The notes: generated by a model not told the origin, from the letters alone. 64,000 nt of DNA from Candidatus Woesearchaeota archaeon (GCA_964533515.1 CAZHMB010000001.1:8640-72639); one strand, 5' to 3'; numbered from the stretch's first letter, positions 8,421 to 17,657 are shown. Numbers and translations: made by a program.

Positions 8421-10163
8421 TTATTTTACAATTTTCCCTGCGTTTTCTAATTTTATTTCAGAATTTATTAATTTTCTCAAAATTTCTTTTAATTCAGAAA
8501 TTTTTACACGAATTTGTTTTTCAGAATCGCGATCTCTTAAGGTGACGTCGCTGTTTTTTAAGGAATCAAAATCTATTGTTATTGCGAAAGGCGTCCCTGC
8601 AATTGCAGATCTTAAGTATCTCTTACCAATAGAACCAGATTCATCATAATCAACAACCACTTCATTCTCAAGATTTTCTTTTATCTTCTTTGCAACTTTA
8701 ATCAACTCTGGTTTTTTCATCAAAGGAAAAATAGAAACCGCTATAGGTGCCATTGAATATGGGACCCTAAAGATTGTTTTTCCTTCTCCTTCAGATTTTC
8801 GGTCATAAAAAAGATCAATCAGCGTGTAAGTTGGCCTATCAGTACCAAAAGCAATTTCTAATACGTGGGGGACAAACTTTTCTCCATTTTCTCTTGTGGC
8901 TTCTAATTTTTTCCCAGAAAATTTTGCATGTTGCTTTAGATCATAATCCGTTCTATCATGAACCCCACAACACTCTGTCCATCCAAAACTATTTAATTTT
9001 ATTTCTATATCCCATGCGTCGTCAGCATAAAATGCTTTTTCGTCGGGATGGTGTTGTCTTAATCTAATTCTCTCTTTTGGAATTCCAAAACCTAAAAATT
9101 GTTGGTAGGCTAACCAAATGCACCACCCATATGCTTGACTCTTAATGAATTTCTTTTTCAACGCTTCTTCGAGAGTAATCGTAATCGGTTCTTTTTCTGC
9201 GTCTTGAGATTTGTGATCCCAGAATGGAAGCTTCTCCTTTTTTATTTCCTGAAATTGTTCCCAATCATTTTTTGTCTTCGGATCAACAAATATCTGGCCT
9301 TCTGCCTGAGTAAATTCCCTTCCCCTTAATACATTCTGTCTTGGAGAGATCTCATTTCTATAGGCCTTACCTATTTGGAAAACTCCAAGAGGTAATTTTT
9401 TCCTGAAATAATTATAAAATCTTAAATAGGGAAGATAAGTGACCGTTGCAGTTTCTGGTCTCAGCGAGGCTTCCACTCCAGCAACTTTGGTCTTCATCAT
9501 CAAACTTTGTGTTTCAATCGCTTTTTCGAAATTTCCTTTGCAAGAAGGACACTTAATATCCTTTTGATTAATAAAATTAATTAATTTTTCGTTGCTCCAT
9601 GCGTCTGCCGCCACATCAAATTTCTCTTCAATGATTTTATCCGCTCTGAAAACAGCCTTACACTTTGAACATTTAATTGTTCTATCTTTGAAGGTTTCTA
9701 AATGTCCTGAAGCTTTCCAAACAACATCCGGTAAAACTGTTGGCCCTTCCAATTCTCGCAAACCGTTTGCATTAAAAATTTTTCTTACAGAATTCTCCAC
9801 TTTATTTTTTAATAATTTCCCTAAGGGACCATATGTATAAAAACCCGCTAGCCCCCCATAAATTTCTGGTTCTGGGCCCCAAATAAAACCCGATTCACTT
9901 ACGAAGCTAGCAAACTCTTTTTCATCATCGGTTGAATTGCTTGTTTTTTCTACTGCATTATCTTCTTTTTGTTCTTCCATGTTTTGTTGTTTATTTTTTT
10001 GCTTATTTAAATCTTTCATAATTTTTTTAGATTTCTCCTCGGCTTGTTTCTTGTTTGCCCCCAGATAAGCGAGGGTTATTGCTTTTACTTTGCCATCTAT
10101 CCTTTTTGATTCTCTTAAATAAAAGTAATCTTTATCGTTGATCTTCTTTTTTACTACAAACAT
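8421..10163 (-). CDS. glyS: glycyl-tRNA synthetase (archaeal/eukaryal-type dimeric class II)
   Basis: 580 aa. GFIWGPEPEIYGGLAGFYTYGPLG is the class II motif-1 region typical of archaeal GlyRS. Anticodon-binding C-terminal domain. ~80-aa K/E/Q-rich N-terminal extension. Confidence 0.85.
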   Translation of the reverse strand: MFVVKKKINDKDYFYLRESKRIDGKVKAITLAYLGANKKQAEEKSKKIMKDLNKQKNKQQNMEEQKEDNAVEKTSNSTDDEKEFASFVSESGFIWGPEPEIYGGLAGFYTYGPLGKLLKNKVENSVRKIFNANGLRELEGPTVLPDVVWKASGHLETFKDRTIKCSKCKAVFRADKIIEEKFDVAADAWSNEKLINFINQKDIKCPSCKGNFEKAIETQSLMMKTKVAGVEASLRPETATVTYLPYLRFYNYFRKKLPLGVFQIGKAYRNEISPRQNVLRGREFTQAEGQIFVDPKTKNDWEQFQEIKKEKLPFWDHKSQDAEKEPITITLEEALKKKFIKSQAYGWCIWLAYQQFLGFGIPKERIRLRQHHPDEKAFYADDAWDIEIKLNSFGWTECCGVHDRTDYDLKQHAKFSGKKLEATRENGEKFVPHVLEIAFGTDRPTYTLIDLFYDRKSEGEGKTIFRVPYSMAPIAVSIFPLMKKPELIKVAKKIKENLENEVVVDYDESGSIGKRYLRSAIAGTPFAITIDFDSLKNSDVTLRDRDSEKQIRVKISELKEILRKLINSEIKLENAGKIVK

Positions 10164-10248
10164 GTTATAGGCACTACAAATAAGTTTATAAATTTTGGGG
10201 TGTGGTGGGTAATGTAGTGGTTAAGGGGGGTTTAGGTACTACAAAAAA

Positions 10249-10899
10249 CTATTTACGTGAAAATTTCCCATTAATAATAAAACTCTTTATCTGCTCAAAA
10301 ACTTCGGGGCTTGAAACCAGTTCTCTATGGGCCAAGTTTAACTTTATAAAATCTCTTGAATTTATCAGCTTTGTTTCTTCTAAAAAAACCTTGCTATCAG
10401 AACCTTTATTATTAACAAAAAAAGGTAAGAGATAAGAATCTGGATTGAAAAAATGGAATCTTTTTGTTCCAGCTATTATTCCTATTTCTCCTTTAAACTT
10501 CATCTTGAATATCTCTTGCTTATTCTCTAAAAAATCTTCAACAACACTTCCTATCCGGGTCTTTTTTATTAATTTGTATTCAGACATTTTTTGGAGAATC
10601 TTTGCCCCGCTATTGATCGGCGCTGTCTGAACAATCCTCTCCTTTTTGGTATTGAATCTATTTAAAAAAAGTCTCAGGATAATTGCTCCAAAACTGTGGG
10701 TTACAAAATTAGGTTTATTGATATTATTCCTCCTGATGAAATCCTTTAATTCATTGATTATTTCATTAAATTTAGATTCGCTAGACCAATTGAAGAAATA
10801 AACATTAAAATATTTTGAGAGATAATCAATCATCTTCTGAAAATCTCTCTTCTTTCTTTTATCAATACCAAGCCCGGGAATAATTATTACATTTTTCAT
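10249..10899 (-). CDS. alpha/beta-hydrolase fold esterase/lipase-like protein
   Basis: The ORF-track start at 10986 overlaps tRNA-Cys. Trimmed to the Met of MKNVIIIPGLG. THSFGA nucleophile-elbow-like motif. Confidence 0.5.
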   Translation of the reverse strand: MKNVIIIPGLGIDKRKKRDFQKMIDYLSKYFNVYFFNWSSESKFNEIINELKDFIRRNNINKPNFVTHSFGAIILRLFLNRFNTKKERIVQTAPINSGAKILQKMSEYKLIKKTRIGSVVEDFLENKQEIFKMKFKGEIGIIAGTKRFHFFNPDSYLLPFFVNNKGSDSKVFLEETKLINSRDFIKLNLAHRELVSSPEVFEQIKSFIINGKFSRK

Positions 10900-10911
10900 C
10901 TTGAATATAAA

Positions 10912-10984
10912 AGCGCAGGCTGGGACTCGAACCCAGGAATTTCCGGGCTGCAACCGAAAGCAGTAGCCGCTGTGCCACCTGCGC
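10912..10984 (-). tRNA. tRNA-Cys (GCA)
   Basis: Reverse complement folds as acceptor GCGCAGG/CCTGCGC, anticodon stem TTCGG/CCGGA, loop TTGCAGC (anticodon GCA), T arm CTGGG-TTCGAGT-CCCAG, discriminator T. Confidence 0.8.
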
Positions 10985-10987
10985 AAA

Positions 10988-11062
10988 CGCCCGGGACAGG
11001 ATTCGAACCTGCGACCTACTGCTTAGAAGGCAGTCGCTCTATCCAGGCTGAGCTACCCGGGC
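10988..11062 (-). tRNA. tRNA-Arg (UCU)
   Basis: Reverse complement: acceptor GCCCGGG/CCCGGGC, D arm GCTC/GAGC, anticodon stem ACTGC/GCAGT, loop CTTCTAA (anticodon TCT), T arm GCAGG-TTCGAAT-CCTGT, discriminator G. Only 3 nt separate it from tRNA-Cys. Confidence 0.85.
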
Positions 11063-11085
11063 ATGAAAATATCACCAATGAATTG

Positions 11086-11094
11086 TATTTAAAG
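11086..11094 (-). promoter_or_regulatory. TATA box for the tRNA-Arg/tRNA-Cys transcript
   Basis: CTTTAAATA on the minus strand, 24-32 nt upstream of the tRNA-Arg 5' end. Confidence 0.45.
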
Positions 11095-11134
11095 TTTCCG
11101 ACAAGCATAAAAACCCTTCTCGCCTCTACCAATT

Positions 11135-12043
11135 ATGACTGAAAAAGTTAAAATAACCTTCTTAGGAACGGCGGGAAGCATGCCCAGTGCGAACAGGAAT
11201 CCGACGAGTATCTTGCTTTCATATAACCAAGAGAATATCCTTATTGATTGCGGAGAGGGAACGCAAAGACAAATGAGAAAAGCGAAAATTAATCCTTGTA
11301 AGATAAACAAGGTTTTGATAACTCATTGGCACGGCGACCATATTTTTGGATTGCCCGGACTTTTTCAAACTCTTGTTTTAAGTGGATACAACAGAGAAAT
11401 GCAAATATTTGGACCCCCTGGAACTAAAGACTTTCTTAAAAACTTTATAGGGATCTTTGTTCCGGTTTTCAAATTTTCTGCTGATTCAAAAGAAGTTTCA
11501 TCTGGGAAGTTCTTTGAGGATAAGGATTTTTATCTCGAAGCAGAGAAAATGACCCACGGCGGTACTAAATGTAATGCATATTCTTTTGTTATAAAAGACA
11601 AGATCAGAATTGATAAAAAGAAATTAAAGAAATCTAAAATTCCTGCGGGGCCTTTATTGCAGAAAATTTCGCAAGGAAAGGACGTTGTTTACAAAGGTAA
11701 AAAGTTCAAGTCAAAGAACTTGACTTATGTTGAAAAAGGTAGGAAGATCTCTTTTGTTTTGGATACAAGTATCAATTCGAAGATTTCAAAATTTGTTAAA
11801 GACGCTGATTTATTAATTATTGAATCAACTTTAGAAGAAAGTTTAGAAAAGCTAGCTAAAGAACACGGGCACCTAACTTCAAAGCAAGCTTCTGAGATTG
11901 CGAAGAAAGCAAAAGTGAAAAGATTGATTATTACACATTTGAGCCCGAGATATGAAAAATCTTCGGAGAAGATTTTGGCAGAGGCAAAAAAGGTTTTTAA
12001 GAAAACAGAATTGGTTAGGGACTTTGATGTTTTGGAATTGTAA
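11135..12043 (+). CDS. rnz: ribonuclease Z (tRNA 3'-processing endonuclease, metallo-beta-lactamase fold)
   Basis: 302 aa. ITFLGTAGSMPS...LIDCGEGTQRQM...ITHWHGDHIFGLPGL (HxHxDH motif), typical short-form RNase Z. Directly downstream of the tRNA pair. Confidence 0.8.
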   Translation: MTEKVKITFLGTAGSMPSANRNPTSILLSYNQENILIDCGEGTQRQMRKAKINPCKINKVLITHWHGDHIFGLPGLFQTLVLSGYNREMQIFGPPGTKDFLKNFIGIFVPVFKFSADSKEVSSGKFFEDKDFYLEAEKMTHGGTKCNAYSFVIKDKIRIDKKKLKKSKIPAGPLLQKISQGKDVVYKGKKFKSKNLTYVEKGRKISFVLDTSINSKISKFVKDADLLIIESTLEESLEKLAKEHGHLTSKQASEIAKKAKVKRLIITHLSPRYEKSSEKILAEAKKVFKKTELVRDFDVLEL

Positions 12044-12058
12044 GAATAGAATTGGGAA

Positions 12059-12472
12059 TCAAGAAGTTGAGGCATAATCTAATCTCGCTAGTAAAGGGTT
12101 TCTATGTAAAAATCCTTTTCTTTGTAACCTTCTTGCCATTGCTTCGTCTTGTTTTTGCCTTTTAATTTCATCTTGTGCTCTGACTTCTGTAATTTCTTCT
12201 TCACTTAACCTCCTCAAATCAAATTTCTGATTATGTATCCATAATTGCCTTGGGCGCGGATTTGTGGGGGGCTGTAAATTTTGAACCGCCAACCACATAG
12301 AAGGGTCTCTTAAAGCATAACCCTCTCCAAATCCAAATCTCATAAAATCCCTATAAAGTTTCAAAGTTGTCCTGGTATTTAAAGAGGCTAAATCCAAATC
12401 TTGAGAAGTTATCTTCAAAACCAGATCATTATTGTACAAAACATTCATGCGAGCAACACCCCCATATTTCAT
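12059..12472 (-). CDS. hypothetical protein, Q/R/P-rich C-terminal half
   Basis: 137-aa ORF with locally elevated GC. C-terminal DEIKRQKQDEAMARRLQRKGF resembles a MIM1/UIM-like amphipathic helix. No family assigned. Confidence 0.4.
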   Translation of the reverse strand: MKYGGVARMNVLYNNDLVLKITSQDLDLASLNTRTTLKLYRDFMRFGFGEGYALRDPSMWLAVQNLQPPTNPRPRQLWIHNQKFDLRRLSEEEITEVRAQDEIKRQKQDEAMARRLQRKGFLHRNPLLARLDYASTS

Positions 12473-12596
12473 TTTAACTAAAATTAATCGAGGTTATTAA
12501 AGATTGTTGTAATTGAGAATATATCCCAGTCTCAACTATCCTCAATTACTTGAAGAAACCTGCCGTAGCGAAATCAATTCGACAAACGCTTTGTTA

Positions 12597-12845
12597 TTAT
12601 TCCTTTGATGCTGTTGATGCAGGAGAGATATAAATTATTGTATCTCCTCGAAGAAAAGTCAATCCGATGTTTTTTTTCACTTCACCGTCGACCATTTCTT
12701 TTGCATTGTCTAAGACAAGGTTTATATGTATATCAAAAGCCAAAAGCTTTCCTACAAATTGCCTGTCTCCTTTCAACTGAACAAGAACTTCTTTCTCTTT
12801 CGAGTTGTTCAGCAGATCCAAAGGTCTTTCAATTCCATTAACCAT
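12597..12845 (-). CDS. Sm-like archaeal protein (LSm/SmAP)
   Basis: 82 aa. Sm1/Sm2 fold signature VQLKGDRQFVGKLLAFDIHINLVLDNAKE...GLTFLRGDTIIYI. Confidence 0.7.
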   Translation of the reverse strand: MVNGIERPLDLLNNSKEKEVLVQLKGDRQFVGKLLAFDIHINLVLDNAKEMVDGEVKKNIGLTFLRGDTIIYISPASTASKE

Positions 12846-12959
12846 TTTATTTTACGCCCAATAAAGGACTAAACTTATTTTGGGCAAGGAGTTTTTAAAT
12901 CTGTTGGTGAGTTGGAAATGTTTGGAAACATTTTTAAACAACATTGAATTTTTGTTGAC

Positions 12960-13673
12960 ATGAATTTTATAAAAAAGATTTTCGATGATGTAGTCGACGA
13001 AGATACACATTTGCAATTCCAAAAATTTTCTAAAGGTGAATTCAAAAATAAAGCATTTATTCAAGCAAAGCAACAAGCAAAGAAATGGAAAATAAACACT
13101 TCTGCAGAATTTGCAAATGGGCTTGTCAGAGATGTTGCTGAAAAGTTATTTGAAGGTGAGAGAGTTCAAGTTACTGGGGCGATTGTTTATACTGGTGACT
13201 TGCCTGAGGGAGTTGAATATAAGGACAAGAAACAATTTCAAGGTGTTAAAAGATATCTTTTAGATACTGAACTTTCAAAAGAAGAAATTTTGGGCATGAT
13301 GGACACTTTGCCGAAGGCTTTTTTTGCTTTGAGTTTCAAAACTTCTGACGGGGCAACAGACTTGAAAATAAAACCTAAAGCTCCAAAATCTGGAAAGCCC
13401 GGGAAAGGAGATGAAAAACCAAAGATTAATTTTTGCAGATTGACAACAACAGATAAATCTTTTACAGAAGATTTTGTTTTCGAAAATCCTAATTTCAAAG
13501 AAGTTTTGTTGAGTCATACTTTTGTTATAGACAATCTTGAGATCCCCGAGGAATCTAAAAAATCTGGAGATTTCAAAAAAATGAGAGAAGATGCTTTTAG
13601 AGTTGGAAAATTGGTCAGAACAGGTGAGATTGACGGTCAGAAAATAGAAAAAGAAATTGAGATGAAAGTTTAA
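12960..13673 (+). CDS. hypothetical protein
   Basis: 237-aa ORF of normal composition with no recognised motif. A possible coupled 51-aa ORF follows at 13676..13831. Confidence 0.4.
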   Translation: MNFIKKIFDDVVDEDTHLQFQKFSKGEFKNKAFIQAKQQAKKWKINTSAEFANGLVRDVAEKLFEGERVQVTGAIVYTGDLPEGVEYKDKKQFQGVKRYLLDTELSKEEILGMMDTLPKAFFALSFKTSDGATDLKIKPKAPKSGKPGKGDEKPKINFCRLTTTDKSFTEDFVFENPNFKEVLLSHTFVIDNLEIPEESKKSGDFKKMREDAFRVGKLVRTGEIDGQKIEKEIEMKV

Positions 13674-14397
13674 AATGAATTTGGAGATTAAAGAGTCGGA
13701 TAATTTTGGATATGATGTTCTTTTGGACGGCGGTTTATTCAGATATTGTAAAACTTATTCTGAATTGGTGACTACTGTTGATTCTTTGGTGAAATCAAGG
13801 TTTAATGAAGATGCTGAAGGATTTGCTTGAAAAAATAGTTACTCCATAATAATTCTAAAAGGTTAAATATACATGATGCTTGGATAAAGAATGAGCCGAA
13901 TTATTAAAGAAAATGTGGACAAGGCAAGTCTTGCTAAATTTTTGACTGAAATTTGCGGTGTTTCCTTGCCTTGTGCAATGGATCCCGATGTAATCAATTT
14001 GGATGTGGCCTAGGTAGAAAGAACTTTGGAACTTGAGGGTCGAGATTACTATCAGCTCTGTTTAGAACCAACAAAAGAACATGGAAGAGTTGATTATAAA
14101 ATCCGTGGAAAACCCCGATTTCCCTATAAAAACCGCGGAAAAGCATATCTCTGTTCCAATCCCGAAAGAGTTATTGATGGGCGATTCCATAAGATGCATC
14201 CGAGATATGAACACCGAGATACCGAAGCCGTCGATTAAGATTCCCACCAAAACGCTTATAAACCTAATTTTTCTTGCAAATATATTCCAGGGTAAATAAA
14301 ATGTTAACCGCTAGTTATACAAATACAATAAGAAATGCCAACAATGAAAATAAGGAAATTTTCAAGCCGGCATTTTCAAGGACACCAGGAATAAAAA

Positions 14398-15360
14398 ATG
14401 CCAACAAGAAAATCACCAAGGAAAGGAAGTTTACAATTTTGGCCAAGAAAACGGGCTAAAAAGTTTTTACCTAGAGTTAACTGGAACCACATTAATTCTA
14501 AATTATCCTCTGAGGCAAAAGGTTTGTCGGGCTTTATATGTTATAAGGCCGGGATGAAATCTGCTTATCTAACGGACAACACCGAAAAATCGATGACCGC
14601 CGGAAGGAAGATGACAATTCCCTGCACAATTCTTTCTTGCCCGCATATGAAGATTCTCTCTGTGCGATTCTATAAAGACCAACTTCCTATTTCTGACATA
14701 TTAAACATTAATTCTCTCGACAAAGAACTTAAGAGAAAAATAAAAATTCCAAAAACTTATACTAAAAAAATTGAAGACGTGAAATCTGAAGATTACGATA
14801 ATCTTTCTATCGTTGCTTATTCTGTTGTTAAAAGTTCTGGCCTGAAAAAAACTCCAGACATCGTTGAAATTGGCTTGGCTGGAAGTAAAGAAGATAAACT
14901 TAATTTTGTTAAAGAAAATTTGGTGAAAGAGTTGAGCGTTGTTGATTTTTTCCAAGATGGTGAACTAACTGATCTTCGAGGATTGACAAAAGGTAAAGGA
15001 ACTCAGGGGCCGGTTAAGAGATTCGGTTTAAATCTAAAAGTTGCTAAATCGGAAAAAGGGCAGAGAAGGCCGGGAAGTCTTGGCCCATGGCATCCTGCAA
15101 GAGTTATTTTTAGAGTTCCAATGATGGGACAAATGGGTTTGAACACAAGAGTTATTTATAATAATAAAATAATTAATGTTGGAAAATCCGGAGAAAAAAA
15201 TATTTTAGGTCTGAAAAATTTCGGAGACGTGAAAACGGATTATGTTGTCGTTGCTGGAAGCGTTCAAGGCCCTTCAAAAAGACAACTTGTTTTGACAAGA
15301 GCGATGAGACCGACTAAAGCCCAATTAAAAAAGAATTACGACTTTGTGGAGTTAAGATAA
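14398..15360 (+). CDS. rpl3: 50S ribosomal protein L3
   Basis: 320 aa. MPTRKSPRKGSLQFWPRKRAKK is the uL3 N-terminus. First gene of the conserved archaeal ribosomal cluster. Confidence 0.9.
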   Translation: MPTRKSPRKGSLQFWPRKRAKKFLPRVNWNHINSKLSSEAKGLSGFICYKAGMKSAYLTDNTEKSMTAGRKMTIPCTILSCPHMKILSVRFYKDQLPISDILNINSLDKELKRKIKIPKTYTKKIEDVKSEDYDNLSIVAYSVVKSSGLKKTPDIVEIGLAGSKEDKLNFVKENLVKELSVVDFFQDGELTDLRGLTKGKGTQGPVKRFGLNLKVAKSEKGQRRPGSLGPWHPARVIFRVPMMGQMGLNTRVIYNNKIINVGKSGEKNILGLKNFGDVKTDYVVVAGSVQGPSKRQLVLTRAMRPTKAQLKKNYDFVELR

Positions 15361-15848
15361 TGACAGAAGATACATTAAAAGATTTGAAAGAAAAATTTGA
15401 AGCTGAGAAAAAGAAACTTGGTTTTAGTTCAAGCTTTGAAGAACTGGATGAAATATTCTACGTGAAAGATGCAATTATGGAAAAAGGTTTTGTTAGTGAA
15501 GAATTTTCTAGGCAACTTTGTGGAAGAATTGTTGAAACTTACCAGGGATGGGCAGCTTATTTACATAGTTTGATCATGCCGAATCCACAAAACTTGTTGA
15601 ATATGGGCGAGAGTAAGATATTCAACAATGATGAGAAAACAAAAATTACAAACTTGATGAAAATCGCAATGGAAATTAGTAGCAGAAATAGCTGGATTGG
15701 TCTAGCTAAGGATGTTGGAGAAGAGAAAAATTTTATTGACGATTCTGTTAACGTATGGAAAGAAAAATTCGGGGAAGAATTAACAGAAATAATGAAAAAA
15801 GTTAACAAAGAATGGAAAGAAGAAGCGGACGAGGAGGTCGCAGAATAA
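15360..15848 (+). CDS. acidic hypothetical protein inserted between rpl3 and rpl4
   Basis: 162 aa. The start overlaps the L3 stop (TAATG), and its stop abuts the L4 start. E/K-rich with no ribosomal-protein similarity. Confidence 0.5.
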   Translation: MTEDTLKDLKEKFEAEKKKLGFSSSFEELDEIFYVKDAIMEKGFVSEEFSRQLCGRIVETYQGWAAYLHSLIMPNPQNLLNMGESKIFNNDEKTKITNLMKIAMEISSRNSWIGLAKDVGEEKNFIDDSVNVWKEKFGEELTEIMKKVNKEWKEEADEEVAE

Positions 15849-15849
15849 A

Positions 15850-16644
15850 ATGACAAAAATAGAAGTTTATGATTTGAATGGGAAAAAGAAATCTCAGGCA
15901 GAATTGCCTAAAGTCTTCTCTGCTCCTATAAAAGAAGAAATTGTTGCTAAGGTTCTTGAGACAATGAAAATTCAACAGCCCTATGGTCCGAATCCAATGG
16001 CAGGAAAAAACACAAGTGCAAGTGGACAACTTGTTCGTAGAAGACATGTTTGGAAAAGTGGTTATGGAAGAGGGGCAAGCAGAGTCCCGAGAAAAATAAC
16101 CTCGAGAAAAGGTAGCCAATTTATATGGGAAGGTGCACAATCACCGAATACAAAAGGCGGTAGAAGAGCGCATCCTCCGATTCCAATCTCTCACATCAAT
16201 ATTAAAAGAATAAATAAAAAGGAAAAGGTACTTGCTCTTAAAAGTGCCTTGAGTGCAACTGCAGATTCGAAGATGGTGCAAGAAAAATATTCTTGTCTTG
16301 CAGATAAAAAAGTCGAGGGCGTTCCTTTTGTTATTGAGATGAAAAATTCTGTGAAGACTAAACAACTTGCTTCTGGAATGAAGAGTATGTTGGGAGATTT
16401 GTATTGCGTTGCTGAAAGGAAAAAATCTATCCGAGGGACAAAAGGAAAATCTAGGGGAAGGAAATACAAGAGATCGGCGGGAATGTTGATAGTTATTGGT
16501 AATGAGGAAATTTTGAAAACGAAATTATTCGAAGTTAAAAAAGCAAGGGAGCTTAATTTAACTGACTTGGCTTCTGGCGGGTTGGGAAGATTGGTTGTTT
16601 ATACTGAAAAAGCAATTAAAGAGATAGGGGAGAATTTCAAATAA
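15850..16644 (+). CDS. rpl4: 50S ribosomal protein L4 (uL4)
   Basis: 264 aa. MTKIEVYDLNGKK...ELPKVF is the uL4 N-terminus. Operon position. Confidence 0.85.
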   Translation: MTKIEVYDLNGKKKSQAELPKVFSAPIKEEIVAKVLETMKIQQPYGPNPMAGKNTSASGQLVRRRHVWKSGYGRGASRVPRKITSRKGSQFIWEGAQSPNTKGGRRAHPPIPISHINIKRINKKEKVLALKSALSATADSKMVQEKYSCLADKKVEGVPFVIEMKNSVKTKQLASGMKSMLGDLYCVAERKKSIRGTKGKSRGRKYKRSAGMLIVIGNEEILKTKLFEVKKARELNLTDLASGGLGRLVVYTEKAIKEIGENFK

Positions 16645-16645
16645 A

Positions 16646-16960
16646 ATGGCTGAGAAAAAAGAAAAACCAAAAGTGAAGGAAAAGGTTGTAGAGAAAAAAC
16701 CTGCGAGAAAAAAATTCATCCAGCTAAAACCCAGAGTAACTGAAAAAGCAATCATGATGCTTGAGTCTCAAAATACTCTTGGATTTGAAATTCCTAAAAT
16801 TGTTAGTAAGGATGAATTGAAGGAAAAAGTTGAGGAAACTTTTGAAGTTAAAGTTGAAAATGTTCGGACACACATTCAGAAAGGAAAGAAATATGCTTAC
16901 GTTAAATTAAAACCAGAGAACTTGGCTATTGATATTGCAACCAAGTTGGGAATGATATAA
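16646..16960 (+). CDS. rpl23: 50S ribosomal protein L23 (uL23)
   Basis: 104 aa. KPRVTEKAIMMLESQNTLGFEI. Operon position. Confidence 0.85.
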   Translation: MAEKKEKPKVKEKVVEKKPARKKFIQLKPRVTEKAIMMLESQNTLGFEIPKIVSKDELKEKVEETFEVKVENVRTHIQKGKKYAYVKLKPENLAIDIATKLGMI

Positions 16961-16961
16961 G

Positions 16962-17657
16962 ATGGGAAAGAGAATAATCCAACAGGCTCGTGGAAAAGGA
17001 AGTTTTAGTTATAGAGTTCCTAAGAAATCTTTTATTTACAAAATGCAATTCCCAAGAAATCTTTCTGGGAAAGGAAAAATTGTTTTGTTATTGAATTCAA
17101 AGGCACATAGTGCTCCTTTGGCTAAGATCAAAGATTCCTCTGGAAATCTTTTTTACGTTCCTGCTGTTGAAGGAATCTATGAGGGACAAGAGATTGAATT
17201 TGGTGGGAAAAACAAAGGGGATATAACTGCTCTGAAAGATATCCCTGTGAAAACAAAGGTTTCAATGATTGAATCTCGTCCGGGCGATGGCGGAAAGTTT
17301 ATAAAAACTGCTGGAAGTTTTTCAACGGTGAATAGAATTATCGAGGGAGATATTTTCCTTGTTATGCCCTCGAAAAAGGAGAAGAAATTCAAAGGAGTTT
17401 GCAGGGCAGTGATAGGAGAAATTGCTGGCGCGGGAAGATTGGACAAACCACTTATGAAAGCGGGGAAGCAACATCACATTAAAAAAGCTAAAAACAAACT
17501 ATGGCCTAGGACGTCTGCATTGAAATTCAATGCGATTGATCACCCTTTCGGTTCTGGTCGTGGAAAGAATCCTAAACCAAAAATCGCGAAGAGAAATGCT
17601 CCTCCGGGGGCTAAAGTTGGCCTATTGAGACCAAGGAGGACCGGTAAGAAAAGATAA
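16962..17657 (+). CDS. rpl2: 50S ribosomal protein L2 (uL2)
   Basis: 231 aa. MGKRIIQQARGKG...GDGGKFIKTAGSF...HPFGSGRGK are uL2 signatures. Confidence 0.9.
   Translation: MGKRIIQQARGKGSFSYRVPKKSFIYKMQFPRNLSGKGKIVLLLNSKAHSAPLAKIKDSSGNLFYVPAVEGIYEGQEIEFGGKNKGDITALKDIPVKTKVSMIESRPGDGGKFIKTAGSFSTVNRIIEGDIFLVMPSKKEKKFKGVCRAVIGEIAGAGRLDKPLMKAGKQHHIKKAKNKLWPRTSALKFNAIDHPFGSGRGKNPKPKIAKRNAPPGAKVGLLRPRRTGKKR

Noticed and set aside
10900-10986. ORF-track extension of the alpha/beta hydrolase through tRNA-Cys (MRRWHSGYCFRLQPGNSWVRVPACAFIFK...).
   Set aside because: It overlaps a well-formed tRNA. The residues are a translation of the tRNA's complement. The start was trimmed to MKNVIIIPGLG.
12516-12555. 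9-bp inverted repeat GTAATTGAG...CTCAATTAC between the Sm-like gene and ORF 12059..12472.
   Set aside because: Loop of 22 nt and AT-rich stem. Probably a weak terminator or chance palindrome. Not enough to call a regulatory site.
13680-14397. ~720-nt region upstream of rpl3 with no long ORF and a locally GC-rich core (13980-14240). Considered as RNase P RNA or SRP RNA.
   Set aside because: I could not find the universally conserved motifs of RNase P RNA (GGAAAGUCCGG, ACAGAA, CGGCUUA) or of SRP RNA helix 8 (GGAAGCAGC-like). Only short overlapping ORFs of 40-72 codons are present. Left unassigned. A covariance-model scan (Rfam RNaseP_arch, Archaea_SRP) would settle it.
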